A stretch of DNA of 64,000 bases, taken from contig OZ242008.1 of assembly GCA_965204735.1 (NCBI GenBank), positions 3,776,001-3,840,000 of the forward strand. Direction: 5' to 3'. Numbering within the stretch: position 1 is the first letter of the stretch; every line of letters starts with the position of its first letter. The DNA is from Longimicrobiales bacterium. GTDB taxonomy: Bacteria; Gemmatimonadota; Gemmatimonadetes; Longimicrobiales; Gaopeijiaceae. The notes beneath the pieces were generated by a model. It saw nothing but the letters and a program-made list of their open reading frames with translations. It was not told the origin of the DNA and did not search any database. The translations under genes and the position numbers were made by a program. Shown here in pieces: positions 1 to 9,887 of the stretch.

Positions 1-442
1 GCTGGAAGGTGCGAACGCCCGGGTTGGGACGCTCGGCGGCGGCCGCGTCGAGCACTTCTTCAAGGGTCTCGACCAAGTTCAGCAACGTGTCCCCGGCAGG
101 TCGGCGGACGCCCGGCGGCGGCATCATCCCGGCGCGGAGCTTCCGCACCATCCGCTCGGCGACCTCGGGCGCCTGGTCGGCGGCGGCCACGTCGAAGTCC
201 TCCAGAGACAGGTTGCCCACCAGTCGGCGGTCGTTGTGGCAGCGGGCGCACACCCGCTGGACGACCTCGGTTCCCTCGGCGGCCGGGTCGGAGCGGGCGC
301 CTTCGGGATCGGCGGGCGCGGCGGACCGGTTCCACGCACGATCGGAACGCACGCGCTCGGAAGCCGTGTCCTGTCCCGCGTCCTGTCCCATGGCGACGAG
401 AAGCACGCCCAGCGCCGCCGCCGGTACAACGAGTTGTTTCAT
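1..442 (-). CDS. DUF1592/DUF1587-type (planctomycete-like) cytochrome c domain protein, N-terminal part; runs off the window
   Basis: Not in the ORF track; manual translation from ATG 442 gives MKQLVVPAAALGVLLVAMG (signal peptide), then VQRVCARCHND (CxxCH heme motif), NLSLEDFD and KLRAGMMPPPG, typical of this family. Confidence 0.8.
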   Translation of the reverse strand, partial: MKQLVVPAAALGVLLVAMGQDAGQDTASERVRSDRAWNRSAAPADPEGARSDPAAEGTEVVQRVCARCHNDRRLVGNLSLEDFDVAAADQAPEVAERMVRKLRAGMMPPPGVRRPAGDTLLNLVETLEEVLDAAAAERPNPGVRTFQ

Positions 443-541
443 GAAGCGCCCTGCCGACTGTGGCCAAGTCGATCCACAATAGCCGCCGGAAGCCGGGCCG
501 GGCAAGAAAGCCTTTCCAGCGGAAGGTCCGCCCCTTCTCTG

Positions 542-1669
542 CTAGCGAACGATCCGGCGCACCTGAACGACTTCCTCGTCAAGCTCCGTCTCGACCACGA
601 CGACGGCCAGGGTGTCGCTGCCCCCGAGCAGGTGCGCGTCCCCGTCGATGGAGGCGGTGGCTCGCACGCTGCCGCGGGACGGATCGATCACGACCCACTC
701 CGTGTCCCCGGTCTCATCTCCGTCCCCGAATTTCTGAAGCCACACGTCGCCTCCGACATGCACCAAGCGCCGAACTGGCGGGGCCGCTGCGGGCAGCTCG
801 CCAGGCAAGTTGTCGAAGACCAGGCGAATCCTGCTGGCGGCGGGGCCGCTGGCGACCGAAAGCCACTCCTCCCTGCGTTCCTGCAGGAACTCCCGCCGAT
901 AGCGCTCGAGGCGCCAGGGCAACGACACGACGGAAGTCGTCGCGCCCGCCGCATCCGCCAGACCTCCCAGCAAGAGGACCGGATCGTCGATGGGAACCAA
1001 AAGCCAACGGGAACGGGTCGCGGAAACGTGCGCTTTGCCCAGGAAGCTCATGTCGTAGCCCGTTGCCCCGTTCTCCTGCTGGACGAGGTAGCTGTACCCG
1101 ACATGTCGGCGATCCAGCTTGGTCAGATGTCGGGTGTCGACGTCGAACGCCAAGATGTCCTGCCACACTGCGCGCAGCGACGTTGGATCGGTGAAGCCCG
1201 TTCCGCCCCAGGTGGACAGAACCCAGGTCTTGGCCGACGCGACGCCGGCCAGGGTCGTCCCGACGTCGCCGGGCTTCGGCAAGGCCGCGACCTCGGGCTC
1301 GGCTTCGCCCACCCAAGTCGTGACTCGGTTGAGGAAGGAATCGAATGCCAACACGGTGTCGCCCAGGGAGAACACTCGCCCGATCCCGATGAACTCGCCC
1401 GGACCGTTGCCTTTTCTGCCCCTCGACTCGACGACGTCCCCGGTTGCGGAAACCCGGAGGATGCGGGGCTCCGAGTTGTCGGCGATCCAGAGGCTGCCGT
1501 CGGGCGCGAAGGAGGCGTCTCGGACGTTGTGGAGCCACACGCCGTCGTCCCTTCCCGTCTCGAAGACCGGGCCGTCCGCCAAGCGCCACTGGGCGGCGGT
1601 CGCCGCGCTGGCCTGACCTGCTGCCAAGTGCACGGCAACCGCCGCCGCGACGAACAGCTTGCTCCGCAT
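542..1669 (-). CDS. secreted 6-bladed beta-propeller (NHL-like) protein
   Basis: Signal peptide; DGSLWIAD and GRKGNGPGEF propeller motifs. Confidence 0.8.
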   Translation of the reverse strand: MRSKLFVAAAVAVHLAAGQASAATAAQWRLADGPVFETGRDDGVWLHNVRDASFAPDGSLWIADNSEPRILRVSATGDVVESRGRKGNGPGEFIGIGRVFSLGDTVLAFDSFLNRVTTWVGEAEPEVAALPKPGDVGTTLAGVASAKTWVLSTWGGTGFTDPTSLRAVWQDILAFDVDTRHLTKLDRRHVGYSYLVQQENGATGYDMSFLGKAHVSATRSRWLLVPIDDPVLLLGGLADAAGATTSVVSLPWRLERYRREFLQERREEWLSVASGPAASRIRLVFDNLPGELPAAAPPVRRLVHVGGDVWLQKFGDGDETGDTEWVVIDPSRGSVRATASIDGDAHLLGGSDTLAVVVVETELDEEVVQVRRIVR

Positions 1670-1696
1670 CGAGCGTCCTCCCGGTACTGTCGCTAG

Positions 1697-2335
1697 CTAG
1701 GCTGGCGCGTTACAGTAGCACTTGGGTCCCGTCCAGCCGCAACTGCAGCATGCCATGGCTCCGTTGGAGCAGCCGACCGAGCACCCGCGGTCGCCACAGT
1801 CCACCGAGCACTTGTCGGCCCATTGGCCGCCGCTGTCGCAACTGCCGCTCGACGAGGCGCTGGACACCCCCAGCGTCGAATACCATTCTAGCGTAGGCCT
1901 CTCCGGGATGTCCACGCGCCATGCCATGTTGCTCAAGCCGTACCCGAGAATATCCCGGGAGTTCGGAACCCCTGCTTGTTCTTCTAGGGCGAGCGTCATC
2001 TCCTCCGAAGCGGTCTTGATCTCGACGGCTCCGCGCCGCCACTCCACGCTAGCGCCGTCCAGACGCCAGCTGCTGAACTGGCCGGGGTTCTTTTCGGTCG
2101 TCTGGAGCCTGAAGACACGGTCGGCTTGGCCGTTCGTGATGCCCGTTTCGTTCGCCAGGTCGAGGAACGCGAGGTAGTCGGTCCCGGCGCCGTCGTCTGT
2201 GGACGCCGCGATCACGACGACATCTCCCTCTGCGGATCCAGTGGGGGATTCCGGCGGGCAGGTGCGAGACGTCGACGGTCCCAGGAACGCTGTCGTGCCG
2301 GCGACGAGCCATGCGAGGTACTTCGTCCCGATCAT
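1697..2335 (-). CDS. secreted hypothetical protein with Cys-rich C-terminal tail
   Basis: GGAG RBS 8 nt before ATG 2335; hydrophobic N-terminus; 10 Cys in the last ~47 aa. Confidence 0.75.
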   Translation of the reverse strand: MIGTKYLAWLVAGTTAFLGPSTSRTCPPESPTGSAEGDVVVIAASTDDGAGTDYLAFLDLANETGITNGQADRVFRLQTTEKNPGQFSSWRLDGASVEWRRGAVEIKTASEEMTLALEEQAGVPNSRDILGYGLSNMAWRVDIPERPTLEWYSTLGVSSASSSGSCDSGGQWADKCSVDCGDRGCSVGCSNGAMACCSCGWTGPKCYCNAPA

Positions 2336-2558
2336 AATGATTTCTCCGAATGTGGGAGCGGTCCCGCTCGCTTGTTCGGCGAGACTCCTATCCTGATACC
2401 CGCGATCGACGGCTTGGTTCCCTCCGCCCCGTCTTGGCGCGGCCACAGGAGGCGAATCGCTGGGTTCAGAGCCCAGCCAGTTGCGCCGCGGCCCGCCTCG
2501 CTGTCTAATAAGTGGAACCATGCGGGTGGATCGGACGGAACGCCTTCGGAGGTCGAAG

Positions 2559-3713
2559 ATGAGCAGCAAGCACGCGGTATCGCGACGGAAGTTCATGGGC
2601 GGAGCGGCAACCGCCGTCGGAGCGCTGGGGTTCGCTCCAGGGGGTCTGCAGGGGATGCTGGCCCGCTACGCCCCCGAATCCCGCATCGGACGGCAGGAGG
2701 GCGGCTACGACGCCCTGGCCAAGCTGTCGTCCAACGAGAACCCCTACGGACCGTCGCCGGCGGCCATGAAGGCGATGGAAGCGGCGTGGAAGTACTCCAA
2801 CCGCTACGGCTACCCCGACGGCGACGTGCAGGAAGTCGTCGCCGACCACCTGGGCGTGCCTCGGGACCACGTGCTTCTGACGGCCGGGTCCGAGGAGGTC
2901 CTCAAGGCCGTGGGAATCGCCCTGCTGGGCGCGGACAAGAAGGTGGTGGGCGTGGAGCCGTCGTACGGGTCCGTCTACAACTACGCGACGGGGATCGACG
3001 CGGACGCGATCAAGCTTCCCCTGCTGGACGACCACTCCCAGAACGTCCCGGCGATGATCAAGGCCACCCGCCGGCACCACCGGGAGATCGGCTTCGTCTA
3101 CCTCTGCAACCCCAACAACCCCACGGGCAACGTGGTTCCGGCCAGCGAGGTCCGGTCGCTGCTGGACGCGATACCCGACGACGTGCCCGTGCTGGTGGAC
3201 GAAGCGTACCACCACTTCGTGGAGGACCCCCGCTACGAGAGCGCGGTACCCTACGTGAAAGAGGGGCGGAACGTGATCGTCGCCCGCACCTTCTCCAAGA
3301 TCTACGGGATGGCGGGGATGCGGCTCGGCTTCGCCGTGGCGGCGCCTCCGATGCTCCAGCGGCTGCGCACCTACGCCACGGGCACGATCAACGCCCTGGT
3401 GAAGTGGGGCGGGGCGGCGTCGATCAAGGACGTCGAGACCGAGGCCAAGGTCAGGACGGAGACGCTGCGGCTGCGCAACCGCGCCACGAAGCAGATGACC
3501 GAGTGGGGGTTCGAGGTGATTCCCTCCGAGACCAACTTCTTCATGGTGCGGACCGGGCGTCCCGTGCAGGAAGTTCGCGCCGCGTTCCGCGAGGAGACGG
3601 TGGCCGTGGGCCGGCCCTTCCCGCCGATGCTGGACTGGCTCCGGGTCTCGGTGGGGACCGAAGACGAGATGGACCGCTTCGACGCCGCGTTCAGGAAGAT
3701 CTTCTCGGTCTGA
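2559..3713 (+). CDS. Tat-exported HisC-like class I/II PLP aminotransferase
   Basis: SRRKFMGG twin-arginine motif; LSSNENP, CNPNNPTG, DEAY, RTFSKIYGMAGMRLG. Confidence 0.9.
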   Translation: MSSKHAVSRRKFMGGAATAVGALGFAPGGLQGMLARYAPESRIGRQEGGYDALAKLSSNENPYGPSPAAMKAMEAAWKYSNRYGYPDGDVQEVVADHLGVPRDHVLLTAGSEEVLKAVGIALLGADKKVVGVEPSYGSVYNYATGIDADAIKLPLLDDHSQNVPAMIKATRRHHREIGFVYLCNPNNPTGNVVPASEVRSLLDAIPDDVPVLVDEAYHHFVEDPRYESAVPYVKEGRNVIVARTFSKIYGMAGMRLGFAVAAPPMLQRLRTYATGTINALVKWGGAASIKDVETEAKVRTETLRLRNRATKQMTEWGFEVIPSETNFFMVRTGRPVQEVRAAFREETVAVGRPFPPMLDWLRVSVGTEDEMDRFDAAFRKIFSV

Positions 3714-3761
3714 CGGCTTCCCCGCGCCGGCGGGGACAGCTAAGACGGCGAGGGCGCCCAC

Positions 3762-6700
3762 GTGGCTGACGGCGCCCAGGCCGTGGACGGCGCCCAGGCC
3801 GCCGAGGCTGCCCAAGCGGCTGACATTGCTCGGGTCGCCGACGTTGCCCAGGCCACGGACGTCGCCCGTCGCCTCTTCGGGATCGAAGGCGAAGCAAAGG
3901 CCCTGCCGGGCGAGTTCGACCGCAACTTCGTGGTGGCCGGGCGGGACGGCCCGGTCGTCCTCAAGCTGAGCCCGGCGTCGCGGCGGCCGATCTTGGAGCT
4001 TGCGGCGGCGTGCCTGGTCCACTTGGCCGGGCCGAGGCTCTCTGCGAAGGTTCCGGGCTTGGCGTCTGGTCGCGGCGCGGCGGCCGACACCGGCGCGGCG
4101 GCCAGCACCGGAGCGGTTCGCGAGGTGGAGCTCGACGGCGCCCCGCACGTCGCTTCCGTCGTCACGTTCGTCGAGGGCGTTCCGCTGGCGACCGTCCGCC
4201 CCAAGAGCATGGCCGTTCTGGAAGCGCTGGGGACGTTGCTGGCGGAGGTCGGACGGGCACTGTCCGATTTCGACCACCCCGGGCTGGACCGGGCGTTCCC
4301 GTGGCGCATGGAGTCGGCCCGGGAGGTGGTTCGCGACCATGCCGCCATGTTGGCGCCCGGTCGGTCGGCGCTGGCGCTGGCGACTCTCGACCGGGCTTGG
4401 CAGCGCCTCGATCCGGTGAAGGACAGCCTTCCCACCGGCCCAATCCACAACGACGCCAACGACTACAACGTCTTGGTGGCGCCGTCGCTGAAGGGCGTCC
4501 GGCTGGCCGGCTTGATCGACTTCGGCGACGTGGCCCGGGGGTGGCGGGTGGCGGACCCTGCCGTGGCAGCGGCCTACACGATGATGGACTTGCCCGACCC
4601 TTTGGAAGCGGCGTGCGCGCTGGCCAAGGGCTACTCGACGGTCGCGCCGCTCGGGGAGAGCGAGTGCCGGGCGCTGCTCCCCATGGCGGCGCTTCGGCTC
4701 TGCCTGTCGGTGTGCATTCAGGCCCGGCAGATGAAGGAGCAGCCCGACAACGAGTACTTGGCGGTCAGCCAGAAGCCGGCGTGGCGGCTGCTGGAGACCT
4801 TGGCAGCGACCGACTGGCGACTCGGCGAGTTCAGGGTGCGCCATGCCTGCGGCTTCGAGCCCAACCCGCGGCGCCAGGCGGTGGCGGCGCGCCTGGGGCG
4901 GCTCGGAGCGGCCTCGAAGCGAGTCGAGGCGGGCCGGCCGGGGCAGCTCGGAGCGCTTGGACCGGGGCGGCTCGGAACGACGCCGCCGACGGAGCCGGTC
5001 GGCCCAGGGTCGCTCTCGTCGGAAGCGTCTCGCCGCGAGCTTCCATTCCCGGTGATGCCACTGGCCGTCCTGGAGCGGCCCCACGTTCTCGATCTGTCGG
5101 TGGAAAGCTTGGAGCTGCCCCACCCCGACGACTTGGCCGCCCCCGGCGCCTTCGAGGCTTGGGTGGAGAAGGAGCTTGCGGCAGCCGGAGCGACCGTCGG
5201 CGTGGGTCGCTACTGCGAGGCTCGCATCCCCTGCGACGCCCCCGGCGAGTCCAGGACGATCCACCTGGGGCTGGACCTCTTCGCCCCCGCCGGCACGCCC
5301 GTAAGCGCGCCCTTGCCGGGAACCGTCGTCTCGGTGGCCGACAACGCTCTTCCGCTCGACTGCGGTCCCACGGTGGTCCTCCGCCACGGCCCCAGCGACG
5401 ACGACTCCGCCGCCGGCAACCCCGACGACGGCTTCCACACCCTGTACGGCCACTTGGACAGGGCCACGCTGGACCACTTGACGCCCGGAGACCAGGTGGC
5501 TGCCGGCGACGTGATCGGCCGGCTTGGCAACGCCCGGGTCAACGGGGGCCGGCCCCCCCACCTTCACCTCCAGGCGATCGCCCTGGACCCGCTTTGCGAC
5601 CCGGACGCGCCGACCGCGCCCGGCAACTTCCCCGGCGTGGCCCTTCCCCGCCTTCGCAAGGTCTGGCAGTCCATCGCGCCCGACCCGTCGGCGCTGGCCG
5701 GCTTCCCCGGGGCCAGGACGCCCGCCGCCGGTCCGACCGCCGACCGCGCCCCGCTGGACGCCCGGCGCGCCTCGGCCGTCCCGGGCGGTGGAGCCGGCAG
5801 CCGCGAAGCCGGCAGGACCGCCGATCCCGAAGCAGCCGCGCAGCGCATCCAGCGGCTCCGCCGGAGGCACCTGCCGCCTTCGCTGAGCCTGTCGTACCGG
5901 CAACCGATCCACGCCGTCCGCGGCCTGGGCTCGTACCTCTTCGACGCAGAAGGACGCCGCTTCCTCGACACCGTCAACAACGTCCCGCACGTGGGGCACT
6001 CCAACCGGCGCGTCGCCGCCGCCGTCGCTCGCCAAGCCCGCGTGCTGGCGACCAACACGCGGTACCTCCACGGCGAGATCGTCGCGCTGGCGGAAGAGCT
6101 GGCGGCCCACTTCCCGGCGCCGCTGGACGTGGTCTTCCTGGTCTGCTCCGGCAGCGAGGCCAACGAGCTGGCCCTGCGCTTGGCCCGCCGCCACACCGGC
6201 GCCGACGGCGTGATCGTCCTCGAGGGCGGGTACCACGGGAACACCGGCGGGCTGGTCGAGATCAGCCCGTACAAGTTCGACGGACCAGGCGGCGACGGTC
6301 GAAGCGAGCGCGTGGCCGTGGCGCCGATGCCCGACCCGTATCGGGGGCGGTTCAGACGGAAACCGGACGCGACCCCGAGCCCAAGCGAGCCCTCGAGTCC
6401 AGCCCGGACTGCCCACGCAGAGGCCGACCGGGAGCTCGGCGAGCGCTACGCCGCGGAAGTGAAGGCGGCGGCCCGGCGGCTGGGACGCCACGGCGTCGCG
6501 GCGTTCGTCGCCGAGCCGATCCTGGGCTGCGGAGGGCAGATCGAGCCTCCCCCCGGCTACTTGGCCGCTGCCTACGAGCACGTCCGCCAAGCCGGGGGCG
6601 TGTGCGTGGCCGACGAAGTGCAGACCGGCTTCGGACGGGTCGGCGACGCCTTCTGGGCCTTCGAGCTGCAGGGAGTCGTGCCCGACGTCGTGACCCTGGG

Positions 6701-7187
6701 CAAGCCGATGGGGAACGGTCACCCCGTCGCCGCGGTGGTCACCACCAAGGAGATCGCCGATTCCTTCGCCAACGGCATGGAGTACTTCAACACCTTCGGC
6801 GGCAACCCGGTGTCTTGCGCCGCCGCCCGCGCGGTCCTGGCCGAGGTTCGCGACCGGGGCTTGCAGGAGTGCGCCCGCAGCACCGGCGACCGGCTCCTGG
6901 GCGAGCTGCGACGACTGGCCGCTCGCTGGCCGGTGGTCGGCGACGCGCGGGGCCGGGGACTCTTCCTGGGCGTGGAGTTCGTTTGCGATCCGGCGACCCG
7001 CGAACCCTTCCCCGAAGCATGCGCCTACGTGGTGAACCGGGCCCGCGAGATGGGGGTTCTCGCCAGCGCCGACGGCCCCGACCGCAACGTCCTCAAGATC
7101 AAGCCCCCGCTGGTCTTCGGCGAAGCGGAAGCGGACCGGCTGGCGGAGACCCTGGAGACGGTGCTGGGGGAGTCGGCGCTGGGCTGA
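3762..7187 (+). CDS. APH-like phosphotransferase + M23-like domain + class III PLP enzyme fusion (hydroxylysine kinase / phospho-lyase-like)
   Basis: HNDANDYN and IDFGD kinase motifs; HLGLD and HLHLQ M23 motifs; NNVPHVGH, DEVQTGFGR, LGKPMGNG, FNTFGGNP. Confidence 0.9.
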   Translation: MADGAQAVDGAQAAEAAQAADIARVADVAQATDVARRLFGIEGEAKALPGEFDRNFVVAGRDGPVVLKLSPASRRPILELAAACLVHLAGPRLSAKVPGLASGRGAAADTGAAASTGAVREVELDGAPHVASVVTFVEGVPLATVRPKSMAVLEALGTLLAEVGRALSDFDHPGLDRAFPWRMESAREVVRDHAAMLAPGRSALALATLDRAWQRLDPVKDSLPTGPIHNDANDYNVLVAPSLKGVRLAGLIDFGDVARGWRVADPAVAAAYTMMDLPDPLEAACALAKGYSTVAPLGESECRALLPMAALRLCLSVCIQARQMKEQPDNEYLAVSQKPAWRLLETLAATDWRLGEFRVRHACGFEPNPRRQAVAARLGRLGAASKRVEAGRPGQLGALGPGRLGTTPPTEPVGPGSLSSEASRRELPFPVMPLAVLERPHVLDLSVESLELPHPDDLAAPGAFEAWVEKELAAAGATVGVGRYCEARIPCDAPGESRTIHLGLDLFAPAGTPVSAPLPGTVVSVADNALPLDCGPTVVLRHGPSDDDSAAGNPDDGFHTLYGHLDRATLDHLTPGDQVAAGDVIGRLGNARVNGGRPPHLHLQAIALDPLCDPDAPTAPGNFPGVALPRLRKVWQSIAPDPSALAGFPGARTPAAGPTADRAPLDARRASAVPGGGAGSREAGRTADPEAAAQRIQRLRRRHLPPSLSLSYRQPIHAVRGLGSYLFDAEGRRFLDTVNNVPHVGHSNRRVAAAVARQARVLATNTRYLHGEIVALAEELAAHFPAPLDVVFLVCSGSEANELALRLARRHTGADGVIVLEGGYHGNTGGLVEISPYKFDGPGGDGRSERVAVAPMPDPYRGRFRRKPDATPSPSEPSSPARTAHAEADRELGERYAAEVKAAARRLGRHGVAAFVAEPILGCGGQIEPPPGYLAAAYEHVRQAGGVCVADEVQTGFGRVGDAFWAFELQGVVPDVVTLGKPMGNGHPVAAVVTTKEIADSFANGMEYFNTFGGNPVSCAAARAVLAEVRDRGLQECARSTGDRLLGELRRLAARWPVVGDARGRGLFLGVEFVCDPATREPFPEACAYVVNRAREMGVLASADGPDRNVLKIKPPLVFGEAEADRLAETLETVLGESALG
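3765..3872 (+). repeat. about 6 degenerate in-frame 18-bp tandem repeats
   Basis: gctgacggcgcccaggcc / gtggacggcgcccaggcc / gccgaggctgcccaagcg ... encoding ADGAQA-like units. Confidence 0.75.
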
Positions 7188-7277
7188 CGCCGCCGCGGGC
7201 ACGGGGCGCTTGCCGCCAGCGTGGGCGACGATGCAGGCCGTCGTCGAGCAGCGAGGCTGGGCCGAGGCGCCGCCCGG

Positions 7278-9887
7278 TCAGTCGCGCAGCGCGGGATCCG
7301 GAATTCGGGCGATCACCAGCCGCGTCTGGGGCGGCAGCTCCACCCGGAACACGGCGGCGGCCCCTGCGGCTTCGGCTCGGAAGTCGTGGACCCTGAGACC
7401 GCTCTCGCCCATGTGGCCCCGAAACGTCGCCGATTGAGCCAAGGGCGCCGCCAGCACGGCGGAGTCGTCGTCTTCGCCGTTCGTAGTCACGGGCCAGGGA
7501 TAAATGCCCGGGGGATCGGGGTACGAAAGAAAGATCTCGGTCGCCGTCGGGAAGTCGACGGTGGTGAATCGCGGGGTGTCGTCGCTCGTCAGCGACGCCT
7601 CCGCCCCTGCCACGGTCATCGCCACGGCATGCGCCGCAAGTATCTCCGAGATCGGTTCTCCCACGACCCTCTCGATGCCCGCCGCGCCGGAGTGCGCCAT
7701 GGAGTCGTTCAAGGCCGTCACGAACGCTTGGTCGTCGGCGAACGACGATCCGGCGCCGGCGAACCAATCCCGCAGGAAGCGGTGGAAGTGCCAGCCGCTT
7801 CCGTACACGTGACCGTCGTCCCATGGCTCGAAGGTGACGGCGTTGGGGTCCGCCGAGAACGCCAACACGGTCTGGGCCATCAATTCGAAGATGCCGAAAT
7901 GCTCCGCATACGCTTCCTCCCGACCCGTCCGGAACATCTCTCCAGTGAGTCGGGCGTCGGCCGGCGGTCCGCCCACGCTCTCCCAAGCCAGCCGCGAACT
8001 CATTTCCGTGGCGATCTCGGCGGTCCCTTCCTCTACCCAGACCGGGTGCCAAACCGGTTCGACTCGTGTCCGATACCAGCTCCTCATCCGCTTGTAAAAC
8101 GAACTCACGTGCTTGACCTCGTGCACCATGCCCGCAAGCGCCCAGTACCCGCCGTCGTCGAACTGAGCGAAGGCCCCAGCGCTCATGTGCACGAGCTCCA
8201 TCTCGTTGGACGCTGCGCAATCGGCCTGGGACTTGAGCATGTCGTTGGAAATGACGTAGGCCAGGACGCCGTCCAGGAGCGGATCGACGACGACCACCAC
8301 TCTCCCGTCGCCGTTCACGTCGCTGACGCCGCCGAACCAGCGCTCGATCACTTCGGCGCCGTGGTCGGCGTAGTAGTCGAGGATGCGGTTGACGTTGGCG
8401 ACGGAAACGGGATCGGCGGCGGCCTCGTCCTCGTAGACCGCCAAGTGTTCGTTCTCGGCGACCAGCCTGGCCGACACTGTCCGGTCCACTTCGCAGCGGT
8501 TCCAGTCCCACCCGCCTTCCCCTAGGACCTGGGCCAATCGGAAGGTGCGCCGCTCCGGACTGCTCTGGTTCAGGACTCGCTTTGCGGAGGCCGGTCGAGC
8601 CGCCCACCGCCCCGCCGGCCCTCGGTCCAGCACCTCCTTCAACCGACCTTCGGCGGCCAGCTGCCGGTACATCTCCGCCTCCCACCGCCGAATGCTGCGG
8701 GAAAGGGCGTCGTTGGCACGCTGGATCTCCAGCAGCTCTTGCCACTCGGGCGAGAGGACGGGCGGACGGACGCGCACCCGCCGGGCCGCCTGACGCGGAC
8801 CCTCTCCCGCCGACACCGCCTCCACCGCAAGTTCGACGGGCAGAACTCTGCCTTCCCCCGGCGACACTCCGGCTACGGCGACCCGATAGTACGCACCGGC
8901 TTCCGGGGCCCGGACGAACAAGCCGCAGGGCTCCGTTTCGCTTCCAGTCTTCAGCTGCACGTCGCCCGTCTCCAACCCGAGGGGGCCGTCGCACACCCTC
9001 AACGAAAGAGCCTGAGACGCGGAGGCGCCCTCCGAATCCGCGACCCGCACCTCGAACTCGGAGACCCCGGTCTCGGTGGGAACGCCGACGATCTCGCCGT
9101 CCGCTTCCAGCGCCAGTCCCCGGGGCAGGCGTGCTCCCTCGGCCAAGCTCCAGGCGTAGCCCTCTTGGCTCCCGCCAACCGCGACCAGCGTTTGGGCGTA
9201 CGAGACGGTGAGGCGGCCCTGCTTCAAGGAGTCGGTGACGACGGCCAGGCGACGGGGCGCGGCCGTGGCCCGAAAGGTCGTGGCAAAGCCGCCGGCCGAG
9301 GCAGAAAGAGCCTGCGCCGAGTCGGCGCCCAGGGTCCACTTGGTTCGGGCAAGGCCGTCGGCGCCCGTGAGGGCGGAGCTGGGCGACACCGAGCCGCCCC
9401 CGGCAGCGACCTCGAACTCGACGGCAACGTCTCTCGCCGGGTGTCCGTTGGCGTCCGAGACCAAGACCGAGGGGGAAACCGACAGCGCCTCTCCCGCGAA
9501 GCCATGCTGTTCGTCGCCCTCGGCCTTCTCGATCGCGCCCGCGACCTGGTGCACGGTGGCGGTGGCCCTGCCGGCGATTGATCCGGCCCGGGCGCTGATC
9601 AGGGCGGTTCCCGCCCCTGCCGCGGTGGCCAGCCCGGTTGCCGGGTCGACCGCGACGACGCTCGGGGCGGCGCTGACCCACGCGACCGGCGTCCCGGTCA
9701 GCACGTTTCCGTTCTGGTCGGCGACCCGGGCTGTGAACTGCACGGTCTCGTCGATCGCCGTCAGGGTCGCCTCGGCGGGCGAAACGACAATGGTGGCGGG
9801 AACGGGGGGCGGCGTGGGCGCGCCGTCGCCGCAAGCGGCAGAGACCAGCACCGGCGCAAGCCAAGCGGCCCAACGGTGGTTCTTCAT
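7278..9887 (-). CDS. lipoprotein with Ig-like domains and a C-terminal zinc metallopeptidase domain
   Basis: GGAGGAG RBS; lipobox VSAAC; Big_2-like and putative Ig repeats; HEVKH followed by WVEEG (gluzincin-like). Confidence 0.85.
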   Translation of the reverse strand: MKNHRWAAWLAPVLVSAACGDGAPTPPPVPATIVVSPAEATLTAIDETVQFTARVADQNGNVLTGTPVAWVSAAPSVVAVDPATGLATAAGAGTALISARAGSIAGRATATVHQVAGAIEKAEGDEQHGFAGEALSVSPSVLVSDANGHPARDVAVEFEVAAGGGSVSPSSALTGADGLARTKWTLGADSAQALSASAGGFATTFRATAAPRRLAVVTDSLKQGRLTVSYAQTLVAVGGSQEGYAWSLAEGARLPRGLALEADGEIVGVPTETGVSEFEVRVADSEGASASQALSLRVCDGPLGLETGDVQLKTGSETEPCGLFVRAPEAGAYYRVAVAGVSPGEGRVLPVELAVEAVSAGEGPRQAARRVRVRPPVLSPEWQELLEIQRANDALSRSIRRWEAEMYRQLAAEGRLKEVLDRGPAGRWAARPASAKRVLNQSSPERRTFRLAQVLGEGGWDWNRCEVDRTVSARLVAENEHLAVYEDEAAADPVSVANVNRILDYYADHGAEVIERWFGGVSDVNGDGRVVVVVDPLLDGVLAYVISNDMLKSQADCAASNEMELVHMSAGAFAQFDDGGYWALAGMVHEVKHVSSFYKRMRSWYRTRVEPVWHPVWVEEGTAEIATEMSSRLAWESVGGPPADARLTGEMFRTGREEAYAEHFGIFELMAQTVLAFSADPNAVTFEPWDDGHVYGSGWHFHRFLRDWFAGAGSSFADDQAFVTALNDSMAHSGAAGIERVVGEPISEILAAHAVAMTVAGAEASLTSDDTPRFTTVDFPTATEIFLSYPDPPGIYPWPVTTNGEDDDSAVLAAPLAQSATFRGHMGESGLRVHDFRAEAAGAAAVFRVELPPQTRLVIARIPDPALRD

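Noticed and set aside
2505..7202. 1565-aa minus-strand ORF and many other long overlapping ORFs (e.g. 22929-26588, 33646-37125, 41156-44020)
   Set aside because: Antisense or alternate-frame shadows of clear genes in high-GC DNA; Arg/Pro/Ala-rich with no motifs
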